Shown piece after piece: positions 21,427-30,748 of a DNA stretch of 64,000 nucleotides. The stretch lies in contig OZ243038.1 in NCBI GenBank assembly GCA_965212005.1, positions 1,760,096 through 1,824,095 of the forward strand. The letters are read 5' to 3'. Under the pieces are notes generated by a model, which worked only from the letters and a program-made list of their open reading frames with translations, did not search any database and was not told where the DNA came from. The stretch is from Candidatus Porifericomitaceae bacterium (lineage in GTDB: Bacteria > Pseudomonadota > Gammaproteobacteria > Porifericomitales > Porifericomitaceae). The number at the start of each line of letters is the position of its first letter. Positions within the stretch are counted from its first letter, which is position 1. The position numbers and the translations under genes are program-made.

Positions 21427-22266
21427 CTGAACAATCAACGCTTTAGTTGCGCCTGCCAGCTGTTCGCGCTGCTTGCACTGGCCGTTTCGGGAATGTCGTT
21501 GGCGTCTGCCGCGGCAGCGGCGGAACTGCGGCTGGCAGTCACCACCAGCGTGGATGACAGTCAGCTGATCGACGCGCTGCTCTCCGTCTTTGAACGTGAG
21601 CACGGCATACGCGTTCAGGTGCTTGTTTCCGGGTCCGGCCGGGCACTGCGCTACGGGCGGGACGGGGAAGTGGATTTGCTGATCGTTCACGCACCCGATG
21701 CGGAGGAGCAGTTTATGAGCGAGGGTTGGGGAGCTGCGCGGCGTTTATTGATGCACAATGATTTTATTTTGCTGGGTCCGGCCGAGAGCCGGCTTTCTGT
21801 CCCGGGCGAGGCCGCCGATCCGTTGGCCTGGTTGCGTGCCATTGCCGGGGCATCGGCTCCTTTCGTCTCCAGGGGGGATGACTCGGGAACGCACCGTAAG
21901 GAACTACAGTTATGGAGCCTGGCGGGGATTGATCCGGTCGGTCCCTGGTATTTCTCAGTGGCGCAGGGCATGGCGGCCACGCTGCATTTTGCCGCGCAAA
22001 AGCGCGGCTACGTGGTGTCAGACCGGGCAACCTACCTGTTTTTGCAGTCCCAGCTGGATCTGCGGATATGCTCGGAGAATTCGGAACTGCTGTACAACCC
22101 CTACCACGTCATGGCAGTCAATCCGCAGCGCAATCCCCACGTGCGCTACCGGGAGGCATTGCGCTTGATCGAGTTTGTCACCGGACGCCAGGGTCAGGAC
22201 ATCATTGCAGGCCACCGCGTCCAGGGGCAGCGCCTGTTTCATCCTGCCCTGGACGCGGCGCCGTAA
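21427..22266 (+). CDS. tupA: Tungstate ABC transporter substrate-binding protein (start possibly CTG 21427; first ATG 21493)
   Basis: VTTS, GSGRAL, VHAP, NDF, SRGDDSGTH, DRATY, NPYHV motifs of TupA. Confidence 0.85.
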   Translation: MNNQRFSCACQLFALLALAVSGMSLASAAAAAELRLAVTTSVDDSQLIDALLSVFEREHGIRVQVLVSGSGRALRYGRDGEVDLLIVHAPDAEEQFMSEGWGAARRLLMHNDFILLGPAESRLSVPGEAADPLAWLRAIAGASAPFVSRGDDSGTHRKELQLWSLAGIDPVGPWYFSVAQGMAATLHFAAQKRGYVVSDRATYLFLQSQLDLRICSENSELLYNPYHVMAVNPQRNPHVRYREALRLIEFVTGRQGQDIIAGHRVQGQRLFHPALDAAP

Positions 22267-22306
22267 CCCCGGGTCGCAGTCAACGCTTGGCGCGAGGCTT
22301 TCGCTC

Positions 22307-22999
22307 GTGGACTATTACCTGGATTCATTGCGGGCCGCCTTGAGGTTGTTATGGAACTTGGATCCGGAGGTTATGCACGTGGCACTGAATTCGCTCGGGA
22401 TTTCCTGTGTTGCGGTGCTGCTGGCTTCCCTGGTCGGTGTTCCGCTGGGCGTGCTGACCGCGTTGTCCCGTTTCCCCGGAAAGTCTCTGCTGCGTGGGGC
22501 GTTGAACGTGGCGGCCGCCCTGCCCACCGTGGTTGTAGGCCTGCTGTTGTACGGCCTGCTGGGCCGGGCCGGATTTTTCGGCGAATGGGGCCTGCTGTTT
22601 ACCCGCTCTGCCATTGTGCTGGGCCAGTTTGTTCTGATTACTCCCTTGATTTGGAATCTCAGCATTGCCGCTGTTTCCAGCGCGGACGCACGCATTGTCT
22701 ATACCTGCCGGCTGTTTGGCGCCTCTCCGCTGCAATATGGTTTCATGGTGTTGCGCGAGGTGCGCTTTGCGGTGCTGGCGGCGTTGATTGCCGGCTTTGG
22801 ACGCGCCATCAGTGAAGTGGGCATCTCTATTTTGGTGGGCGGGAACATCAAGGGAGTTACCCGCACTCTCACCTCTGCCATTGTGGTGGAGACCAGCCGC
22901 GGGGAATTTGAGTTGGCTTTGGCGCTGGGGTTATTTTTACTCGGCGTGGCTATGCTGGTGATCGGTTTGTTGCATTGGTTTCAGGGCCGGGGGCATTGA
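22307..22999 (+). CDS. tupB: Tungstate ABC transporter permease
   Basis: LPTVVVGL, GFGRAISEVG, GGNIKGVTRTLTSAI, ETSRGEF. Confidence 0.88.
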   Translation: MDYYLDSLRAALRLLWNLDPEVMHVALNSLGISCVAVLLASLVGVPLGVLTALSRFPGKSLLRGALNVAAALPTVVVGLLLYGLLGRAGFFGEWGLLFTRSAIVLGQFVLITPLIWNLSIAAVSSADARIVYTCRLFGASPLQYGFMVLREVRFAVLAALIAGFGRAISEVGISILVGGNIKGVTRTLTSAIVVETSRGEFELALALGLFLLGVAMLVIGLLHWFQGRGH

Positions 23000-23997
23000 G
23001 CGAGCCGGCCTACCGGCTGCACGAGGTGGGCTTCGGTTATACCCCGGGCGTGACGGTGTTGCGCGATCTGAGCGTGGAAATCAGCGGCGATGAGATCACC
23101 GCCATCGTTGGCGTCAACGGTGCCGGCAAGAGCACGCTGATCAATTTGCTGGCGGCGATGATTAAGCCGATGCAGGGGCATATCCGCTTTTTTGGCAGGG
23201 AACTCCCGGATGCGCCTATGCGTCTGCCGCATCTTCGCATCGGCCTACTGCCGCAAAACCCTTACTTGTTCAGCGGCAGCGTGCTGGACAACGTGGCGCT
23301 CGGGCTGAAGTTCCAGGGGCTGGGACTGCGCACCCGGCGCTCTATGGCTACAGACTGTCTCGAATCCCTGGGCCTGCGGTCGCGGGCGGCACACCCGGCG
23401 CGGGCGCTTTCCGGCGGAGAGGCGCAGAAGGTGGCACTGGCCCGGCTGTTGGTGCTGCGTCCCCGAGTGTTGCTGCTGGACGAACCGTTTACTTACCTGG
23501 ACAGCGGGACCGTGCAGGACCTGGAGAGCATCTTTCAGGAAAGCCGCAGGCAGTCGGTGCAGTCGATCATTTTCAGCAGCCACGATCACCTGCGCGCCCG
23601 GCTGCTGTCCGATCGTATCTGGAACTTGGCGCGGGGGCGGTTGTTTTCCACCCCCGCGGTGAATCTGTACCGCGGCCAGGCGGACGTGGAGCAGGGGGTC
23701 TTCGTGACCGGCCGCCTGCGGGTGCGCTTGCCTGGCCTTGAGCAAGAGGTCCAGTGCATCGCGGTGGAACCTTCCCAGGTGATCTTGTCAAAAGAAGCTC
23801 CCGGGTCCGTGGTGGAAAACGCCTTCCAGGGCCGAGTCGTCGGGCTTCAGGAAGAGCAATCCCACGTATGGGTGACGGTCGATTGCGGCGAGAAATTACA
23901 CAGCCGCATTCCCCGCGAGGCGATGAATGATTTAGAATGGGGCCTGGGATCATCGGTGTGGGTGAGCTTCCAGGTCTCGGCAGTGACGATTCTTTGA
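22996..23997 (+). CDS. tupC: Tungstate ABC transporter ATPase with C-terminal TOBE domain
   Basis: GVNGAGKST, LSGGEAQK, LLLDEP; TTG start overlaps tupB stop; TOBE-like tail. Confidence 0.85.
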   Translation: MSEPAYRLHEVGFGYTPGVTVLRDLSVEISGDEITAIVGVNGAGKSTLINLLAAMIKPMQGHIRFFGRELPDAPMRLPHLRIGLLPQNPYLFSGSVLDNVALGLKFQGLGLRTRRSMATDCLESLGLRSRAAHPARALSGGEAQKVALARLLVLRPRVLLLDEPFTYLDSGTVQDLESIFQESRRQSVQSIIFSSHDHLRARLLSDRIWNLARGRLFSTPAVNLYRGQADVEQGVFVTGRLRVRLPGLEQEVQCIAVEPSQVILSKEAPGSVVENAFQGRVVGLQEEQSHVWVTVDCGEKLHSRIPREAMNDLEWGLGSSVWVSFQVSAVTIL

Positions 23998-24060
23998 AAG
24001 GGTGGCAGAGCCCTGTCCATCCCTGCCGCCAGCGGCGCCAACAGACAGATTGAGCAACGG

Positions 24061-25434
24061 ATGGAACAGATCAGATTTTTCAATACGCTGAAAGGCTGCA
24101 AGGAGGACTTTGTGCCGCTGGACGCGGCGCGGGTTTGCATGTACGTGTGTGGGCCAACCGTGTATAGCCGTCCGCACATCGGCAATGCCCGTGCCGCGGT
24201 GGTTTTTGACGTTCTTTATCGCCTGCTGCGATCGCGTTATCCGCGCGTGGACTACGTGCGCAACATCACCGACGTGGATGATAAGATCAACGATGCGGCC
24301 GCACGCGAAGGCGTGAGCATACAGGAGATAGCGGAGCGCTACAGCCGCGCATACCATGAAGACACGGAAGCGCTGGGAGTGCTGCTGCCGACGGCGGAGC
24401 CGCGGGTGACCGGCCATATCCCGGATATTATCGACATGATCCAGCGCCTGTTGGTGCGCAAGCACGCTTACCAGGCGCAGGGACACGTGCTGTTCGACGT
24501 GTCCAGTGCCCCGGACTATGGTTGCTTGTCGGGGCGCAGCAGGGACCAGATGATCGCAGGAGCCCGCGTTGAGGTGGCTCCGTTCAAGCGTGATCCGGCT
24601 GACTTTGTGTTGTGGAAGCCTTCCGCTGCGGACCAGCCGGCCTGGAGCAGTCCCTGGGGTTCGGGACGGCCCGGATGGCACATCGAATGCTCCACGCTGG
24701 TCGAGCGATGCCTGGGGGAAAGCATCGACATTCACGGCGGGGGGCAGGATCTGATTTTCCCGCACCACGAGAACGAGCTTGCCCAGAGCCGTTGCGCCCA
24801 CGATGGCCGCGAGTTTTGCCGTTACTGGCTGCACAACGGCTTGGTGAGGATGCAAAATGATAAGATGTCCAAATCGCTGGGGAACGTTCTAATCCTGCAG
24901 GATTTGCTGCACCAGGCCCCGGGCGAGGTGATCCGTTATGCACTGTTGGCCACGCACTATCGCAGTCCCCTGGATTGGTCAGGAGAGGTGCTGGAGCAGG
25001 CGCGGCACCGCCTGGATCGACTCTATGGCACCTTGCGCGATGCGGACCTGGAGGGAGGAACCGAGGCGCAGCCACCTCCCCCTGAGTTCCGGCAAGCCTT
25101 GAGCGATGATCTGAATACGCCGCTGGCGCTGCATCATCTGCACCAGTTGGCCCGGGAAGCCAACCGCAGCGGAGCCAGCGCCGATCAGCGCCGGCTCGCC
25201 GGTTCCCTGCGCACGGCCGGGGCGCTGTTGGGACTGTTGCAAAGACCGCCCGCTGGTTTCCGGGAATGGGACGAGGGGGTCAACCAGACACAGGTGGAGG
25301 TGCTGTTGGCGCAACGCAGTGCTGCCCGCCGCGATAATGATTACAAGGAGGCAGATCGGCTGCGCGATGAACTGCGGGGGATGGGGGTCCAGATCCAGGA
25401 CCGAGATGCCGGCACTGTCTGGTGGCGTGAGTAA
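24061..25434 (+). CDS. cysS: Cysteine--tRNA ligase
   Basis: YVCGPTVY, HIGN, GRPGWHIECS, DIHGGGQDLIFPHHENE, KMSKS. Confidence 0.98.
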   Translation: MEQIRFFNTLKGCKEDFVPLDAARVCMYVCGPTVYSRPHIGNARAAVVFDVLYRLLRSRYPRVDYVRNITDVDDKINDAAAREGVSIQEIAERYSRAYHEDTEALGVLLPTAEPRVTGHIPDIIDMIQRLLVRKHAYQAQGHVLFDVSSAPDYGCLSGRSRDQMIAGARVEVAPFKRDPADFVLWKPSAADQPAWSSPWGSGRPGWHIECSTLVERCLGESIDIHGGGQDLIFPHHENELAQSRCAHDGREFCRYWLHNGLVRMQNDKMSKSLGNVLILQDLLHQAPGEVIRYALLATHYRSPLDWSGEVLEQARHRLDRLYGTLRDADLEGGTEAQPPPPEFRQALSDDLNTPLALHHLHQLAREANRSGASADQRRLAGSLRTAGALLGLLQRPPAGFREWDEGVNQTQVEVLLAQRSAARRDNDYKEADRLRDELRGMGVQIQDRDAGTVWWRE

Positions 25435-25473
25435 GCCGGTGCGGGCAGGGGAAAGCGTGCGCCGCGTGGTGAC

Positions 25474-26760
25474 TTGACCGATAATGCGGTAATGGCGAAG
25501 CGGTCAAAATCCCCGGTGTCTGCCGCTGGCAGCGAGCATCCAGTCTTTGAATTTCTCAAATTCATCGAGAGCCAGTCCGGCTTATCGGTGGAACGGCTGC
25601 TGGATCGGATTTTGCTGAAAAGCAGGATGATGAGCACTGCCGAGGCCGGGACGATCTTCCTTATCCGGACCGTCCGGCGTCGCCGATGGCTGGAACCGGT
25701 CAGCATACAAAACGACGTGTTGCGGATACGGCGCACGGACTTTCGTATTCCCGTGGGCGGTGAGACCATAGCGGGCTACGTGGCAGGAACCGGCAAAACG
25801 ATTATGATCGACGATGTTTACGCGATTGCGCCTGATTCTCCATTCCATTTTAATCCGGCGAACGAACATAAGCGCTACAAGACCGGTTCCATGTTTTGTT
25901 TTCCGCTGAAAAATTACCGGGATCAGATTGTAGGGGTGGTCCAGCTAATCAACGCCCGGCGTCCGGGAGTGGACTTGCCGGTGCCTTTCGCACCGGAAAT
26001 CAACCAATTGGTAATGGCTATCTCGCAAACGATCGGCCATTGCGTAGAAAGGACCCAAATGATGAGTCAGATAAAATTAAAGAATCAGGAGCTCAGAGTA
26101 AAGAACCGCCACATGGCCGAACAGCAGGAGAAAATCATCGTCCTGCAGGCGGAAACCGAGAAGGCTTTCCAGGTTTCCATCAGCCTGCTGTCCCGGGCCG
26201 CCGAGATCCATGATGAGGAGACGGGCAATCACATTTTCCGGGTCAACGAATACAGCTACCAGTTTGCCAGGTTGCTCGGCATGTCGGAAGCTTGGTGCGA
26301 GCAAATCCGCTACAGCGCCCAACTTCACGACGTTGGGAAGATGAGCGTGGATTCCGCCGTGCTTAAGAAGGCCGGCCGTCTGACGGACCAGGAAAAGCAG
26401 GAGATGGATCGGCACACTATCTACGGCCATCGAATTTTATCGGGTACGCCGCGCCTGGAGATGGCCGCTCGGGTCGCGCTGAATCACCACGAAAAATGGG
26501 ACGGCAGCGGTTATCCCGGTGGCAAGAAGGGTGAGGACATTCCGCTGGAGGCGCGGATTGTCCAGCTCGCCGATATTTATGACGCGCTGCGCTCGGAACG
26601 TCCTTACAAGTCCTCCTTCAGCCATGAGGAAGCTTTGCGTATCCTCAGTGAGGGGGACGATCGCATCAACCCGAAAGGCCACTTCGACCCGAACCTGCTG
26701 GCAGTCTTCCGGAAGAACCACCTGCGCTTTGCCCGGGTCTGGAAAAAAATGCAGGATTAG
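25474..26760 (+). CDS. GAF + HD-GYP cyclic-di-nucleotide phosphodiesterase
   Basis: GAF (IAGYVA, IDDVY, PLKNYRDQIVGVVQLIN), ETGNH, LHDVGK, HHEKWDGSGYP, ADIYDAL, RPYK. Confidence 0.9.
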   Translation: MTDNAVMAKRSKSPVSAAGSEHPVFEFLKFIESQSGLSVERLLDRILLKSRMMSTAEAGTIFLIRTVRRRRWLEPVSIQNDVLRIRRTDFRIPVGGETIAGYVAGTGKTIMIDDVYAIAPDSPFHFNPANEHKRYKTGSMFCFPLKNYRDQIVGVVQLINARRPGVDLPVPFAPEINQLVMAISQTIGHCVERTQMMSQIKLKNQELRVKNRHMAEQQEKIIVLQAETEKAFQVSISLLSRAAEIHDEETGNHIFRVNEYSYQFARLLGMSEAWCEQIRYSAQLHDVGKMSVDSAVLKKAGRLTDQEKQEMDRHTIYGHRILSGTPRLEMAARVALNHHEKWDGSGYPGGKKGEDIPLEARIVQLADIYDALRSERPYKSSFSHEEALRILSEGDDRINPKGHFDPNLLAVFRKNHLRFARVWKKMQD

Positions 26761-26843
26761 CCCGCACGGCGGGTGAGCACTATCGGCGGCAGGCACCGCC
26801 AGTCGTTTCACCCGCTCGGTGCCCATGCCCTGGCGGCGCTGAC

Positions 26844-26920
26844 TGGTGGCTATGGGTGGGCTCGAACCACCGACCTCGGCATTATGAGTGCCGCGCTCTG
26901 ACCGGCTGAGCTACATAGCC
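26844..26920 (-). tRNA. tRNA-Met (CAT), elongator type
   Basis: Minus strand GGCTATGTAGCTCAG...CTCATAA...GGTTCGAG...ATAGCCACCA; G1-C72 paired, 77 nt, encoded CCA. Confidence 0.95.
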
Positions 26921-26938
26921 GTCTCTACTTGCGCCCGC

Positions 26939-26968
26939 ATCATCAATGCTCCCTCCCGGACTTGTCAA
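26939..26968 (-). promoter_or_regulatory. Putative sigma70 promoter of tRNA-Met
   Basis: TTGACA-N18-GATGAT followed by GC-rich discriminator GCGGGCGC. Confidence 0.45.
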
Positions 26969-27377
26969 GATCTGATCCTGATCCCGGCTGATCCGGCTGC
27001 GGCGAATCTGAGAGTGTCCCGTTCTCTCTACCGTCGCCGATCAGACCGATTTTATATGCCGTCGCGGGGGCAGGCATCAGCGGGCCACGTCTATGCAGGG
27101 TAGTGCCGGAACGAAAGGCACGGAACCGGGAAGCGTTGTACCAGCTAAAGTAACGTGCCACATTGGCGTACCTTTCCGCCAGGGATCGATCCCATGCCAG
27201 GGTTCAGACTGATACAGGTCAGGCCCTGCTATATCTCACAAGGCAAATTGCGGCCGGCACTGCCTCGTTTTATCCACTGCTGCGTCACTGTGGCATAAGG
27301 AGCGGCCAATCAGACGGTGCCGTCGGTTTGGCCGGACCAGTCATGATAAGGCAAACAGGGTGCAGCGCCAGGTGCAC

Positions 27378-28145
27378 TTAAAACCAGGAGCGAATGCCCG
27401 CGACGAATGAAAGATGCTCGTCCTGCGCGCCTTCGGCGCGTATCCAGTCGGCAGTTTCCCCGAACGCGCGGGTCCAGGACACGCCGATGTAAGGCGCAAA
27501 CTGCCGACTGAACTCATAGCGCAGGCGCAATTCCACGTCAGCCAGGTTCAGTCCGGACCCGATGTGAAGCGCGCGATCATCCGACAGCGCCGCGTTGAGT
27601 TCGATGCGCGGTTGCAGGATTAGGCGCTGTGTCAGCAGCAACTCGTATTCGGTTTCCAGGCGTGCCGACGCCTTTCCCTGTTCGCTGAAGAAAAGCGCGG
27701 CATCGACTTCCAGCCACTGTGGTGCTAGTCCCTGCAGTCCGATCGCCGCGTAACTGCGGGACGGGCGAGGCCTGAAGTTTTGCCGGGCCCCGATTTGGAA
27801 ATCCCAGAACGAGTGTATCGCATGGCTGTAGAGCAGCTGCAGTTCCAACTCTTCCGGACGGTTGCGTTCATCCAGGAATTCCCCGTCGGTCTTTACCCAC
27901 AGCTTTTGGACGTCGCCCCCGAGCCATGCCTGGCCTTCCCAGGCCAGAGTGGAATCTTCATGGTCGGAGTGAGTTTCCAGGCGCTCCAGCAGGACCAGCG
28001 ACGTGGTCTGTCCACCGTGGCTTTTATACAGCGCCCGCCGAGCCGCCTCCATGGTATCCGGATCATAATGGGCGTTGGCCGCTTGTTGTGCGCTCACCAC
28101 TGACGGGAACAAGGTGAGTGAGGCGAGCAGCGCCCGCCCGTTCAT
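27378..28145 (-). CDS. copB: Copper resistance protein B (outer membrane)
   Basis: LERLE, AWLGGD.QKLW, LYSHAI..FWD, GLQGLAP, LLTQRLILQP, LRYEFSRQFAPYIG, terminal WF; ATG overlaps copA stop. Confidence 0.9.
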   Translation of the reverse strand: MNGRALLASLTLFPSVVSAQQAANAHYDPDTMEAARRALYKSHGGQTTSLVLLERLETHSDHEDSTLAWEGQAWLGGDVQKLWVKTDGEFLDERNRPEELELQLLYSHAIHSFWDFQIGARQNFRPRPSRSYAAIGLQGLAPQWLEVDAALFFSEQGKASARLETEYELLLTQRLILQPRIELNAALSDDRALHIGSGLNLADVELRLRYEFSRQFAPYIGVSWTRAFGETADWIRAEGAQDEHLSFVAGIRSWF

Positions 28146-29841
28146 GCCGGCGTCTTTTCGATCGATATCACCCGCGCCATTCCAGCGTGCATGTGATAGA
28201 GCAAGTGGCAGTGAAACATCCAATCCCCCACGGCGTCGGCAGTGACGTCAATGGCCATTTTTTCTCCCGGCTTTACGACGATAGTGTGTTTTCGCGGCTT
28301 ATAATGGTGCTCGGCAGTGACAACGTCGAAAAACATGCCGTGCATGTGTATAGGATGCGGCATCATCGTATCGTTGATGAGGAACAGCCGAAGCCGTTCC
28401 CCTTCCGGAAGCGGAGAGGTTCAGTAGCGTCAGAGAACTTCACTCCGTCGAACGACCACATGTACCGCTCCATGTTCGACGTCAGGTGCAGCTCCATCTC
28501 CCCCCCGGGCGCCCTCGGGTCCGGGTTGGGAGCCAGACTTTTGAGATCGGTGTAGACCAGCACGCGATGCGGCGCGTCTTCCAGGCCCAGCGGTCGTTCA
28601 CTCAGTCGATTGACCGGATTTTCCGCTTGCCCGACAACCCCGACGCCCTGCGCGCGGTGCCCGATGGCCGTGCCCGCGGCGTGTCCCCTCATCGCAGAAT
28701 GATCATGAGCCCCAGGTCCCATCGCCATGTCCTTCATGGTCAGCATGGGACGCCGCCGAAGCGGCGGAACAGCCGCCTCCAGTCCGAGCCTGGGCGTTAG
28801 TGTTGCCCGCGCGTAACCGCTGCGATCATTGCTTTCGGCCATCAGCGTATAGGCCCGGTCTTCCGGCTGAATGATAACGTCCAGTGTCTCCGCCGTTCCG
28901 ATCTGGAACTCATCGGTTTCGACTGGCTGCACGTTCAGTCCGTCTGCCTGCACCACGGTCATCGGCAGGCCCGGGATCCGCACGTTAAAGATACTCATGG
29001 CGGAGGCGTTGATGACGCGCAGCCGTACGTTCTCGCCCGGCGTGAACAGGCCGGTCCAGTTTTCGCCGGGACTGTGGCCGTTCAGCAGGTAAGTGTAAGT
29101 TGCCCCCGTCACATCGGCTATGTCCGTGCGGTTCATACGCATGCGGCCCCACGCCAGCCGCTCCGACAGCGTTCGCTCCAGGCCTTTCGCCATGGTCTGG
29201 CGAAGGAAGTCCGGGACCGTTTGCTGTTGAAAGTTGTAGCTGTCGCTCATCCCCTTTAACTTGGCAAAAACCCGGTGCGGATGCTCGAACGTCCAGTCGG
29301 AGAGGACCATCACGTGTTCACGGTCGAACGGGGTCGGGTCCGGATCGCGCGGTTCAATGATAAGAGGGCCATAATGCCCCTGCTGTTCCTGCAGGCCCGA
29401 GTGGCTGTGATACCAATAAGTGCCGGCCTGGCGCACCGTAAAGCGGTACGTGAAGGTCTCGCCGGGACGAATGCCGGGGAATGATATGCCCGGGACCCCG
29501 TCCATCTGAAACGGCAGCAGGATGCCGTGCCAATGGATGGAGGTGTCCTCGTGCAGGTGATTCGTGACTCGCAGGGTGACGTCGGTGCCCTCGCGCCAGC
29601 GGATCAGGGGAGCCGGCAACCGGTTATTGACCAGGATCGCATGACCGGGTTTGCCATCCAGCAGGATCGTGGCGGCGCGTATGTTCAAATCGAAGGAAGT
29701 TCCCGACAGTGCGGAGATATCGGGGCCGCCGGCTCCCCTGGCGGCGGAATGTGCCCAGGCGGGCAGCAAGGCGTCCCACGCGAGCAATGAGCCCACAGCG
29801 CCGGTCGAGCGCAGGAAGTTCCTCCTCGATAAGTTTTTCAT
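28142..29841 (-). pseudogene. copA: CopA-family multicopper oxidase, frameshifted at 28399-28402 (real lesion or sequencing error)
   Basis: Tat signal SRRNFL, HWHG, YWYHSH in first frame; HPIHMHG and HCHLLYHM in second frame; one extra G restores ...FRKGERLRLFLINDTMMPHP. Confidence 0.88.
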
Positions 29842-30197
29842 CTTTTCCTGTCCATCCATCCGTGATGCAATCCGTGATGACCCGATCCGGGAGTTTCAGG
29901 GATCCTCACATATATTAGACCGGGAACGGTCCCAATCTTTCCCTGCCATCCGTATGTTATCGGATGCCTGCCCTGTAAATTATAGAGTGACCAGGGGGGA
30001 AATGGGAGCGACGTCGAGGCTGACGCAAGAGAAGGCGACGGCTTGTGACCGGCGATCATCATGGACGGCGCTTGCCCAGCGCCTTATTCCCGCGGGCCAC
30101 CGTGATGCCCCCGCCAACATGACAGGGCCATACCGGTTTACGCAGGCACCTGCTGCGCCTCGCAATAGCTCAGTGCCGGGGGTACGACGTCATGGGG

Positions 30198-30233
30198 GCT
30201 TCAATGAGGCCAAGGGCATATGCCCTCGGAAAT
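30198..30233 (-). CRISPR. Solitary 36-bp type I-G (I-U)-like CRISPR repeat
   Basis: ATTTCCGAGGGCATATGCCCTTGGCCTCATTGAAGC: internal hairpin and CTCATTGAAGC end; 26 bp from a cas3 stub; no second copy seen. Confidence 0.7.
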
Positions 30234-30259
30234 TGACCGGCTGCCGCCTTTGCCGGCGT

Positions 30260-30463
30260 GGCCGCGGTCTTGCCGAGTCCGGTCGGGATATCTATCGCCG
30301 ATGGCAATTCGCCTTTGGAAAATTCGTTGAATAGCCGGCGTTGCCACGGGAATGGCGTGTGCCCGGGGAGTGGCTTTTGCCCAGTGAGTGGCGTGTGTCC
30401 GGTCAGCGCACGGAAAGCGTCATCGAAGTCGAAGGGCAATTCGGAAGTGTTATTCGTTGCCAT
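30260..30463 (-). pseudogene. cas3: N-terminal stub of type I-G (I-U) Cas3 helicase
   Basis: FDDAFRALTGH..PFPWQRRLF...LPSAIDIPTGLGKT (Q motif and Walker A); homology stops right after Walker A. Confidence 0.82.
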
Positions 30464-30584
30464 AGTTGCCTGTTTGGGTCCCTGTGTTCGGGATCAGACA
30501 CTGCTGGGCCGATGCGAAAAACTGCCCCTAACTCCCTGCATGGCAGGTCTGCCGACTGGACTTGCATTTTTGGTAATTACCCCC

Positions 30585-30606
30585 AAGTCCCTCATAAGTC
30601 CCTCAT
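30585..30606 (+). repeat. Perfect 11-bp tandem repeat AAGTCCCTCAT x2
   Basis: Seen directly in the cas3/argC divergent intergenic region. Confidence 0.7.
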
Positions 30607-30748
30607 TCGGGGGCACTATTTTATGATCATCGTTTTACTATCGTTTGCCAGTTCTGTCAATCCTCTTTCTCTTTGAGGATATAATCATCGTTTTTTCAAT
30701 GACTATGCACGCATATAGATATGACCCCGCCAGCAACGGGGGCCGGGC

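Noticed and set aside
29858-29880. ATCCGTGATG direct repeat upstream of copA
   Set aside because: Does not match a copper-regulator site I can name; could be chance
30120-30197. Possible second degenerate CRISPR repeat
   Set aside because: Only a few matching bases (GCCTCGCAAT); cannot support an array
30698-30716. Possible ARG box upstream of argC
   Set aside because: Single weak match with no clear tandem partner
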